From positions 190,278 through 254,277 of the forward strand of contig JBDKRJ010000020.1 of NCBI GenBank assembly GCA_039683455.1: a stretch of DNA of 64,000 nt. Reading direction: 5' to 3'. Shown piece by piece: positions 8,677 to 16,775 of this stretch (position 1 is the first letter of the stretch; each line of letters opens with the position of its first letter). This DNA comes from Rikenellaceae bacterium (GTDB taxonomy: Bacteria; Bacteroidota; Bacteroidia; Bacteroidales; UBA932). The translations under genes were made by a program, and so were the position numbers. The notes beneath the pieces are model-generated. The model had not been told where the DNA came from. It ran no database searches and saw nothing but the letters and a program-made list of their open reading frames with translations.

Positions 8677-9015
8677 TTAACGGTGCATGCGTCTTTGGTT
8701 AGCTGGATCAGCTGCTGCTTTTTCTCTGTAAATCTTGTATTTTTCTGCACCAAGAATTACTTCGATTTTACCTTGCAGACCTCTAACGATTTCCATTCGT
8801 TTAGCTCCTTCGGCAGATGTTGCTTCTTTTTGATAATCTACAAACAGAGTCTGCAGTTTTGTGCTGTCTTCTTTAGTCACCTCTACATACTTAGCAATAT
8901 TTGCAATTTTTTCTTTGGCAAAAGCAACCGGTTCTCTCGGACCCATTTGGTGTTGTTGTGCATTAGCACCTACTGCGAATAACGCAACGGCGATAAATAA
9001 AATAATTTTTTTCAT
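8677..9015 (-). CDS. Small secreted hypothetical protein
   Basis: 112-aa ORF with a clear signal peptide (MKKIILFIAVALFAVGANAQ) and a charged, helical-looking mature part. I recognise no family. Confidence 0.6.
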   Translation of the reverse strand: MKKIILFIAVALFAVGANAQQHQMGPREPVAFAKEKIANIAKYVEVTKEDSTKLQTLFVDYQKEATSAEGAKRMEIVRGLQGKIEVILGAEKYKIYREKAAADPANQRRMHR

Positions 9016-9177
9016 TGGGTAGTTAGTTATAATTTATAATATAATTTTTATTTGACTGCTCATATCCTAATTAGTTTAATCGTCCAATCAAAATATACAA
9101 GTTTCAATTGTGCCTACAATCGGACCTGTACAGGAGAATAAGACCAAAATATTTATTGTTCTCATGATTATATTATA

Positions 9178-9585
9178 TCAACATTGACGAAGCAAATTCT
9201 TCATCGTTTCCATTTGTTCGGGAGTAACAGATGTGTTGTTTTCATTACTTTTTATGAAATCCTCTATAACCATCTTGGCTTTATATGGGTAATTAAGCTC
9301 AATTAGATCTTTTGCAACAGTTTCGGCAACATTATATTGTTTACATATTGAATATGAGTAGTTTATCCACTCTATTACTTTGCCTGCTGCTTGATCCTTG
9401 TTATTGTAGAATTCTAAATAATCCCGATAGCCATTTAAAATATAACCCGCATAATATCTGTAAATAATTGTTTTAAAACCCATTATCATTTTCACAGCCA
9501 TTTCTGTGCTTTTTATATCTTCTCTACGTTTGCCACCCTCCTCTGCCATTTTATTTATACCGGTGTTAAATGTGGCATTAAACAT
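9178..9585 (-). CDS. Hypothetical protein P5 (small, Tyr/Asn-rich, helical-looking), last gene of the uncharacterised block
   Basis: 135-aa ORF with an ATG start, 53 nt downstream of P4 on the same strand. It has no signal peptide, no TM segment and no motif I recognise. Confidence 0.6.
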   Translation of the reverse strand: MFNATFNTGINKMAEEGGKRREDIKSTEMAVKMIMGFKTIIYRYYAGYILNGYRDYLEFYNNKDQAAGKVIEWINYSYSICKQYNVAETVAKDLIELNYPYKAKMVIEDFIKSNENNTSVTPEQMETMKNLLRQC

Positions 9586-9638
9586 GATATTTTCTTCTTC
9601 AATTTTGGAAGCAGAATTTGTCTTTATATAATTAATAC

Positions 9639-10649
9639 TTAACTAAACTTCCCTGTAATCTCCGAAATATTGAATTTCCCGCCAATAGTCTTAATCTCAA
9701 TCTTTCCGTGGAGGATGTTGAAGAAAAATTCGCGTATCCTTTCAAATGAGAGTGGAACAGGTTCTCCTTTTGCATCAAGACCAAGATCGAACTCTTTAAG
9801 CAGTTGTGAGCCCAGACTTGCGGCAGTCAGCAAGAAGTGGTTCTGGAATTTTTCCACATCCAGCAGATCTGCAGCGAGCACCTTGCCAACAATGGTGTAG
9901 CTGCACAGGGTCTTCTGTGTGTCTTCGTCTGTGAGGGTTGTTTTAACCTCGTCGGAATCGAGATTCATCTCTATACGTCCAGAGTTTGGCGACTGAGGAG
10001 TGCCTTTGTAGAGTGAACCCAGGTCCGCAAGACATAGGTTGTAAAATTTGGTTCCGGGTACGGAATTAATCTTCTCTATTGAAAATGCACTTGGCAGAAG
10101 AATTGTTATCTGATCGGCAACTTTTACAGAGGGGCTGTTGAATGTTCCCACCAGAGAGTTGGTGAAGTCTATGCTCTGTGTTGCAAATACCCCTCCAATT
10201 ACCACACAGTTAACCAGAATAACTTCATCTGCATAAATGCTGCCGGCAACAAATGCGTTGAACAGAGTCAGCTTTTTGGCGTTAATGTCTGAGCAGAATG
10301 TAAGGTTGCATTTAGTGGATCTTGAAACAATGGAATTTGCTGTTCCAACACTTTTTCTGAACGTGATATCTCCCTCTGCGTCTGTGTTGATGTACATTTC
10401 AAGTTGAGTAAAAACAGCTCCCTGAAACTCTGCATTTCCCTGTTGTATTTCGAGTTTGTAGGAGTAAACTGCACCCTCGATTACAATATCTCCCTGAACA
10501 ATAATGTTGCGGTCCAAATCTGCAATCTTTTCCGGCAGAATGGAACCTTTCACTAAATTATCTTTAAGTTGGATATTTGTTTCGTTAAATCGGATTTCCT
10601 TTATTTCTTTCATAGTTGAATATTTTTCTTTACTGAACACAGATAACAT
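9639..10649 (-). CDS. Hypothetical protein P4 with a bactofilin-like beta-helix repeat region
   Basis: 336-aa ORF. Residues ~45-180 show short repeats of G-[DN]-x-hydrophobic strands: QGDIVIEGAVYSYKLEIQQGNAEFQGAVF...EGDITFRKSV...FVAGSIYADEVILVNCVVIGGVFATQSIDF. The ATG at 10649 overlaps the P3 stop by 20 nt. An alternative ATG lies at 10613. Confidence 0.7.
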   Translation of the reverse strand: MLSVFSKEKYSTMKEIKEIRFNETNIQLKDNLVKGSILPEKIADLDRNIIVQGDIVIEGAVYSYKLEIQQGNAEFQGAVFTQLEMYINTDAEGDITFRKSVGTANSIVSRSTKCNLTFCSDINAKKLTLFNAFVAGSIYADEVILVNCVVIGGVFATQSIDFTNSLVGTFNSPSVKVADQITILLPSAFSIEKINSVPGTKFYNLCLADLGSLYKGTPQSPNSGRIEMNLDSDEVKTTLTDEDTQKTLCSYTIVGKVLAADLLDVEKFQNHFLLTAASLGSQLLKEFDLGLDAKGEPVPLSFERIREFFFNILHGKIEIKTIGGKFNISEITGKFS

Positions 10650-11667
10650 TTATTGAACTTAAATCGGCTATTTTCCGGATTGTCTCCCGCACCCTCACAG
10701 AGTGCTCATAGTTTGAATAATATTTTTTGTCGAGCTCGGAGTTGAAATAGAGCCGAAGGTAATTTTCTGACTCCTTGGACATCTTTTCCCATTTGTACAC
10801 ACTGGAGGACAACCTTTGAAAAAGGTCGTCGCCCGGAAGTTTATCTTCAAGGCCATCCAGAAAGTCCGATACGTAAAGATTTTTATCTGTTTGCCGGCGA
10901 ATGTTTGAGGTTTCAACATAACAAATCGGCGAGAATAACATGCCGCTTTTGTATTCGTTTAACATACTATTCTGGATGGAAATGTTTAATCGCTTCTGAT
11001 GCATAAGGAAAAGCTTTGCCTTGTCAATAGTGTCCAATGCCCTTTTCTTGGTGGCCGAAGTGCTTATTTTTGAAAGCAAATTATTGCTTTCAGCCCCAAA
11101 AACAGATATTGTGTTTATCAGGTTATTATTAAGGATACGAACAATATGATTATCGGTATCATTTTTAAATTCAAAGGCGGGTTTGTCAACTGTGAAGATC
11201 CGGTTGGAGAGTTCCCGGTCAAGGTCGTCAAAGATTTTGCGGTACCGGCCGGAAATTCTAAGATAGTCCTGCTCCATCTGATCTTTCTTTGACAATGCGG
11301 CTGTCATAAACTCTCTGAGCATCATCAACTGAGACTCAACTTTTTGTGCTAATTCCGTTACCTGCTGACTTATTTCCGAACGAATGTAGCTGAAGAAACC
11401 GTTGACTATAGAATTGGCAATCTTTATAGAGTTCCGATCTTTTGATTCAATTTCCGCAGTTTCCGTAGCTACAACTGCGGCAGTGAGCAAATCTACGCTC
11501 CTTTCGCAGACTCTTACGCTCGATTCAAACTGTTCTGTGTCTACCTCGATATTTATCTGGACAGGAATGTCAACAGTAACTGATTTCGATCCTCCTTTTT
11601 TAGAAGAACCATACGAAACTTCCACCGTTTTACTCACTGTCTCTGTATAGCTTTGTTTGTAACTCAT
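10630..11667 (-). CDS. Hypothetical protein P3 (paralog of P2)
   Basis: 345-aa ORF with an ATG start 4 nt after the P2 stop. It shares a long helical core with P2 (SIVNGFFSYIRSEISQQ ... MEQDYLRISGRYRKIFDDLDRELSNRIFTVDKPA). Confidence 0.8.
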   Translation of the reverse strand: MSYKQSYTETVSKTVEVSYGSSKKGGSKSVTVDIPVQINIEVDTEQFESSVRVCERSVDLLTAAVVATETAEIESKDRNSIKIANSIVNGFFSYIRSEISQQVTELAQKVESQLMMLREFMTAALSKKDQMEQDYLRISGRYRKIFDDLDRELSNRIFTVDKPAFEFKNDTDNHIVRILNNNLINTISVFGAESNNLLSKISTSATKKRALDTIDKAKLFLMHQKRLNISIQNSMLNEYKSGMLFSPICYVETSNIRRQTDKNLYVSDFLDGLEDKLPGDDLFQRLSSSVYKWEKMSKESENYLRLYFNSELDKKYYSNYEHSVRVRETIRKIADLSSINVICVQ

Positions 11668-11671
11668 AATA

Positions 11672-12589
11672 CTATACTTTAACAGTAAAATATTTATTAG
11701 ACTGAAACAACTTCATAGCCATCTCTTTTTCCCTCGCCGACTTTCCAGAGTCTGACAGTTGTCTGCTGAATTCGCTCAAAATCTCCATTTCTGCAGGGTC
11801 GTCTGCTTTCCATTCCATGTTTGAAAATTCAGAATACAAGTCTTCTGAGATGGTTGTCTTTGCAGTATCGTCTAGTTCGGTGTCGGTAAGAACAATTTCT
11901 ATGTTCGTCCTTCCCGTTCTGTCGCGGTTGAGCTCACAAACTATCACCGGGATATAGACTTTGCCAAGCTTTAATGGGTAATCGTCCACCAGAATTTTGT
12001 CGGTAAGTTTTTTCTGAATATTAATCTCGTGGATAAAATTGGCCATAGAGTCGATTACTTTGAGACCACGCTGTTTTAAGTTAGAGGCAATTATCTTCTG
12101 GCTCACCGATATCGATTCCAGTTGTGTAATTGGAATTGTTGCTGTCAGATACTTCGTTCTGTTGGAAATTTTTCCTATCTCTCTACGTACTAAGTTGATT
12201 GATGGTTTGTCCAGTTCAAAAACTCTTGTTCGCAAATTTGAATTAAGCCCATCAAAGAGTTTTGTGTATCTTCTGGAAATCATATTGTAGTCCCGCTCCA
12301 TTCTACCTTTAATGTTTAGCAGTACCCTCTTTTGCTGGGCAAGCTGCATAGTCTGTGAATCCACATCGCTCTTGTATTTTGCAAGTTTCTGTGAAATCTG
12401 TGCGCGAATGAGGGAGTAAAAGCCATTGTTAACATTGTCGCAAACATAATCGGAAGCTCTCTCTTCTGCTGCAATAACAGCCTCCTGCATGGAGACCATT
12501 GCTCCCGTTGTAAGGCTCACGTTATTGGAGACATTCCCCATTTCATTTGCCAACGGCTGCGTATCTATGCGATAGTTAAATGTTGCCAT
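11672..12589 (-). CDS. Hypothetical protein P2 (paralog of P3)
   Basis: The ORF-track start at 12664 is a TTG. The first ATG (12589, MATFNYRIDT...) gives 305 aa and overlaps the P1 stop by 14 nt. The core NVNNGFYSLIRAQISQK ... MERDYNMISRRYTKLFDGLNSNLRTRVFELDKPS matches P3. Confidence 0.8.
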   Translation of the reverse strand: MATFNYRIDTQPLANEMGNVSNNVSLTTGAMVSMQEAVIAAEERASDYVCDNVNNGFYSLIRAQISQKLAKYKSDVDSQTMQLAQQKRVLLNIKGRMERDYNMISRRYTKLFDGLNSNLRTRVFELDKPSINLVRREIGKISNRTKYLTATIPITQLESISVSQKIIASNLKQRGLKVIDSMANFIHEINIQKKLTDKILVDDYPLKLGKVYIPVIVCELNRDRTGRTNIEIVLTDTELDDTAKTTISEDLYSEFSNMEWKADDPAEMEILSEFSRQLSDSGKSAREKEMAMKLFQSNKYFTVKV

Positions 12590-14450
12590 AATCTTCCTGG
12601 GTTTCTTCAAGTTCTGCAAGTGCTTTTTTTGCAATTTGCGGAAGATTAATAGAGAAATGATCAAAAGTAATATCCTCTACACTTGGAGCTGGAGGAATTT
12701 CTGAAATCTTTGCAAAAAGAGGATTTACTGCAATGAGCGGTTTTCTGCGTTCATCCAATTCATGCATTTCGCCGGCCGCAACAGCAGTGTCCCTGGAATT
12801 TCCATCACGGAGCATCGCATCATAGTAATCTATGTGCTCAAATTTCTCTGCCTTAAGGTCTATGTCCTCTTTTAAATGATCCATATAATTTTCGAACTCC
12901 GTCTGCACCTTCTGGAACTCCTTTGACTGCATTTCGAATGCTGCCAGAACTTCTACTGAATTCCCTTTAAGTTCAACAATGGTAGAATCGAGAGATCCGT
13001 TAGATTGCTTCATTGTCTCCTCTGTCTTTTGAAGAGAGATCATAGTATTGTAGGCAGCAATGTAATCGCCCAGAGTTGTACGCATAAGATTTACCAGATC
13101 TACGCTCTCGGCTCTGTTTCTGCCGTAAAAATCCTCAGTGTCCTTATGCCACTGGTTCAGATAGTTGATTTTCTGATCTTTTATATGATTGTAAATTTTT
13201 AGTCTCTCTATGCGCGTCTCTCGCATAAGATTCAAAACTATAGGGGCAACTATCTCTTCGTGAATCTGGTGTATTCCAAAAGGAAGGTTTGTTGTACTGC
13301 CGTCCTCTGCCACCCAGGTGTCTGAAAGCAGGTCGTATCTCACACGGGAACTGCTTTTAAGCTGGAATGGGACATACTCCTGAAACGATTCGTCATAACT
13401 GAAGTTTTCGTTACGAATTCTCTCGATTTCTGCACTTTCCAGGACAGGAGAGTAGTGATTGTACGGCGATCTTAATATTTTGAAAAGCACTTTGTTAGAC
13501 TCGAAAACCATTTTGTCTGTGGATGCAACTTTAAGGGCAGAAATGGCCTGAACAGAGTTGGCCATAGTAATCATGAGCCCTTTTAATACATCTTCGAACT
13601 GGGCTGTATGCTTGGAGAGGGAGTCTTTAAGCTTATTCAGCTCCTGGAACTTGGCTATATGGTTATCATACTTTGCCGTATCAAAGACTTCAGTAACAGG
13701 GTAGCCTTCCGGAACTTCGGAAGTAGAAAATTCGCGGATAAAGTTGTGATATGTGCTATTATTCACCACCAATGGCAGCGAAACTGAAGTTATATCCAAA
13801 TCATCCATGCAAAAAGAGATTGAGCGGAGAGCTCTCTCCAGGGACCCGAAGTAGTCGTGATGGCTGAGGTGTTGCATAGATTGTGAGTACTGCTCTGTGT
13901 CAATTTTCTCAGTCTCATTTGAGGTTTCTACGATAGGAGCCTCTTTAGAAAGTTTTTCCAGTTCATCAATTTTCTCAACAAGCAAATCGTTTTGTCTTGA
14001 AAGCTGAAGTTTGAATTCGGCCTCTTTTGTTACACCAGTATGGTCAACGATAAAACTTCTGTTATCATACTTGACCTGAGTTGCAACAGGAACATAAGCA
14101 ACGCCTAATTTACTCACCTTGTAATCACGAAAAATTTCTTTGTGTTGTTTCTGCAGTTCTGCTATTTTCTGGTCAATCCCTGCTATTTTCTTCAGCAGTC
14201 CCTTCTCTTTCAACAAAAAATAGATGAAAGGAATAATCAGAATGCCAGTTACCCATTTCCAGATGCCGGCTCTTGATATCTCCCCATCTAAGATTTTTTT
14301 CTCTTCCTCCAGAGCAGCAATGTTCTTTTCTATCTTCTCCTCTTCCTGAACTATTTTTTCTGCTGCCTGCTGATAGTAATTAAGCAATATCTTCGCCTGG
14401 TCCTGGTAGATATTGCTGGACTCTTTAAAAATTTTCCCTTTCATAGTCAT
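12576..14450 (-). CDS. Hypothetical protein P1: N-terminal coiled coil, one TM segment, ~540-aa uncharacterised domain
   Basis: The ORF-track start (14459) is a TTG. The first ATG is at 14450 (MTMKGKIF...). There is a Glu/Lys heptad-like stretch (EKIVQEEEKIEKNIAALEEEKKILDGEI), then the hydrophobic segment IWKWVTGILIIPFIYFLL (about 14211..14264), then a second coiled stretch (IDQKIAELQKQHKEI). I did not see a Walker A, HExxH or nuclease motif. Confidence 0.8.
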   Translation of the reverse strand: MTMKGKIFKESSNIYQDQAKILLNYYQQAAEKIVQEEEKIEKNIAALEEEKKILDGEISRAGIWKWVTGILIIPFIYFLLKEKGLLKKIAGIDQKIAELQKQHKEIFRDYKVSKLGVAYVPVATQVKYDNRSFIVDHTGVTKEAEFKLQLSRQNDLLVEKIDELEKLSKEAPIVETSNETEKIDTEQYSQSMQHLSHHDYFGSLERALRSISFCMDDLDITSVSLPLVVNNSTYHNFIREFSTSEVPEGYPVTEVFDTAKYDNHIAKFQELNKLKDSLSKHTAQFEDVLKGLMITMANSVQAISALKVASTDKMVFESNKVLFKILRSPYNHYSPVLESAEIERIRNENFSYDESFQEYVPFQLKSSSRVRYDLLSDTWVAEDGSTTNLPFGIHQIHEEIVAPIVLNLMRETRIERLKIYNHIKDQKINYLNQWHKDTEDFYGRNRAESVDLVNLMRTTLGDYIAAYNTMISLQKTEETMKQSNGSLDSTIVELKGNSVEVLAAFEMQSKEFQKVQTEFENYMDHLKEDIDLKAEKFEHIDYYDAMLRDGNSRDTAVAAGEMHELDERRKPLIAVNPLFAKISEIPPAPSVEDITFDHFSINLPQIAKKALAELEETQEDYGNI

Positions 14451-14463
14451 TGTCGTCAAAAAT

Positions 14464-15264
14464 TTAATATCCTGTTAGGTTTTCTTTCCTTTTAGCATCT
14501 TTTTGCTGAGGAGTCAGTTTCCGGTCATAATCATATATTGCACTCTCCCACTCTCCATAAATGGCATTCGGCAGAACGATAAATTTTTTCCCCCATAAAT
14601 CATGAACTTTGTCAACCTCTGCTTTTCTGTCGGCAATAGTTCTCTTTTCAAAAAGGTGAGAAAAATCATTCAGATTGTCACCCATTAACATTACAATTTT
14701 GAAATTTTCTGCCACCTGCAGTCTTCTGGGCTCTTTGGTGGATGTGTCCGTTTGAAACAACATATGTTCTTCATCTGCGTTAGGTAAACATAATTTTTTA
14801 AGATTGAGAAGCGTCGTTTTTACATCGGATGTATTTCTGTTGCTTATGTAGAATATTGTAATATTTCGTTTGGCTGCCCATTGAAGGAAATTCACAGCAC
14901 CGGGTATTCCTGTTGCAGCAGACATACTGACCCATTTTTTCCATCCGACAGAGTTGTACACTTTTCCCTCCTTAATATCCCGGGCCTCCATGTAACTGTT
15001 GTCAATAATCGTTTCATCCAGATCTGTGATTATTGCATATTTTTCATTTGGTTGCCTGACAGGTAGAATTGCTTCCAGATAAGTACGTGCAGTATTGAAT
15101 GCCTGATAGCATAAAGCCCTGTATTCTGCAGATGTCTGATGCCATAATACGGGATAAGTTATAAGGTCTATCTCCCTCTGTGCCGACGAGCTGGTTTGGG
15201 CAGTATCCTGAGCCTGGAGACTATTAAACAAAAAAATTGAAATAATTAAAAATACTCTTTTCAT
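14464..15264 (-). CDS. Class C acid phosphatase / 5'-nucleotidase, e(P4) family (HAD superfamily)
   Basis: The track start is a TTG. The ATG at 15264 gives MKRVFLIISIFLFNSLQAQ (signal peptide). HAD motif I is present (ITDLDETIIDNS), as is the C-terminal GDNLNDF motif typical of class C phosphatases. Confidence 0.85.
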   Translation of the reverse strand: MKRVFLIISIFLFNSLQAQDTAQTSSSAQREIDLITYPVLWHQTSAEYRALCYQAFNTARTYLEAILPVRQPNEKYAIITDLDETIIDNSYMEARDIKEGKVYNSVGWKKWVSMSAATGIPGAVNFLQWAAKRNITIFYISNRNTSDVKTTLLNLKKLCLPNADEEHMLFQTDTSTKEPRRLQVAENFKIVMLMGDNLNDFSHLFEKRTIADRKAEVDKVHDLWGKKFIVLPNAIYGEWESAIYDYDRKLTPQQKDAKRKENLTGY

Positions 15265-15440
15265 CCTATAAAAATTTATGAATGTAAAGATAAGATATTT
15301 GACAACATATAGACAAGATAGGCCTGCCAAACGATTGTTTTTAAAAATCCCTGCACCAAATATTACTAAACGGAAATAACACCTGCTGTCGTTTTAATCT
15401 TCACAACATAAATGACTTTTTTGCCATAAACATCTGATTA

Positions 15441-16634
15441 TTATGATGAATCGTTTTGATCAATGGGCTTTTTCGTATCAGACATGAGCCCAAACATCAT
15501 CAGGATTGTAGTTAGCAGAATTACTTGTACAATGAGTGACTTATTTACAAACAATATATTTTGTTCAGGCGTAATCAATAGGAACAATACAATTGTAATA
15601 AGTCCTCTTGGTGCAACAAAAAGCAAGGGTTTTAACGGGAGTCCGGACAATTTTAACTGAATTGCTCTTACTGCAAAAATGATCAACACTATTCCCAAAG
15701 ACCATATTAAGGTGTCTGTATTCAATATTTCGTCTGTTTTAATAAGGTAACCGAACAGCAAAAAGAATAATGCTCTTACCAAAAAAGCTGTTTCTATCGT
15801 AAGTTCTTTGAATCTCCTCACCTCTCTGTTTAGTTCGTCAGGCCTGAATTTTTCTATCCACTTGAAACGTTTTAGCTGGTCGAGGTTTCCGAGAAAAAGA
15901 CCAAATAATAAAATAAAAATCAATGCCGGGAGATGGTAGAATTCAGAAATTGCATAAATTAAAATCACAAGAAGTATTATTGGAATGTATTTTATATGGT
16001 GTTCAATCTTATGCAGTAAAAATGAAAGCCCTAGAGTGGCAACGATTGATATTAAAGCAATACCTAAGATTTGCAAACTAAAAACTTTCAGAAGACGAAT
16101 ATTAATAGTGGCATTGAGAGTCACAAAATTAAAAAACAAAACACCTACAATATCAGACAAGCTGCTTTCGTAAATCACAAATTCTCTATGGGATGACCAC
16201 ATATTTCTGACACTTGGAATAGCAACTGCACTGCTGATAACACAAAAAGGAATAGCATTGATCAAACTTTCCCTGAAGGAACAATGCCCAAAATACTGGA
16301 ACAACCCAGCTAATATAAACGATAGCGCAAGCATAGAAAATAATGCGCCATTAAAGGATTTTCTTATAAGCCCTATTTTGGATCTGTTAAGTTCAAGCTC
16401 CAGAGAGCCTTCCAGTACTATAAGAATCAGTCCGATTGTACCAAGGATTGGTAATACCGTGCTAAGGTCAGGTATCTGAATTTCAAAAAGAGTGGTCAAC
16501 TGTCTGACAATCCATCCCAGAACCAACAATAATATTACTGATGGAACTTTTGTCTTTGAAGATGTTATGTCAAAAAGGTATGCAAAAAGAAGTAAGGCAC
16601 AAAAGATTATAATAATAGTTAATGTCATTATCAA
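15441..16634 (-). CDS. Cation:proton antiporter (Na+/H+ exchanger family)
   Basis: 397-aa polytopic membrane ORF with about 11-12 hydrophobic segments. The overall pattern resembles CPA-family exchangers. The assignment is by general resemblance only. Confidence 0.7.
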   Translation of the reverse strand: MIMTLTIIIIFCALLLFAYLFDITSSKTKVPSVILLLVLGWIVRQLTTLFEIQIPDLSTVLPILGTIGLILIVLEGSLELELNRSKIGLIRKSFNGALFSMLALSFILAGLFQYFGHCSFRESLINAIPFCVISSAVAIPSVRNMWSSHREFVIYESSLSDIVGVLFFNFVTLNATINIRLLKVFSLQILGIALISIVATLGLSFLLHKIEHHIKYIPIILLVILIYAISEFYHLPALIFILLFGLFLGNLDQLKRFKWIEKFRPDELNREVRRFKELTIETAFLVRALFFLLFGYLIKTDEILNTDTLIWSLGIVLIIFAVRAIQLKLSGLPLKPLLFVAPRGLITIVLFLLITPEQNILFVNKSLIVQVILLTTILMMFGLMSDTKKPIDQNDSS

Positions 16635-16775
16635 AGCAAAGTTTTTAGAATTTAAACCTAATAGAGCTTCAAAACGATACCAATCATATTCAACTTTATG
16701 AAATTATGAAATTTTTCTGGATCTTAACTTCATTATAAAGATAAAACAATTCTTTGGAATTGAAAATTTTTCTAA

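Noticed and set aside
12039-13202. Plus-strand ORFs of 83 and 65 aa (and similar ones at 9670-9900 and 11402-11650) inside the unknown module
   Set aside because: All are antisense to long, tightly coupled minus-strand ORFs, and they have Ser/Thr/Ile-rich shadow composition.
9178-14450. The idea that the unknown five-gene block is a horizontally acquired genomic island
   Set aside because: I see no flanking tRNA, integrase, transposase or direct repeats. By eye its base composition and codon style do not differ from the neighbouring housekeeping genes. Novelty of the proteins is therefore not evidence of recent transfer. A compositional scan would be needed.
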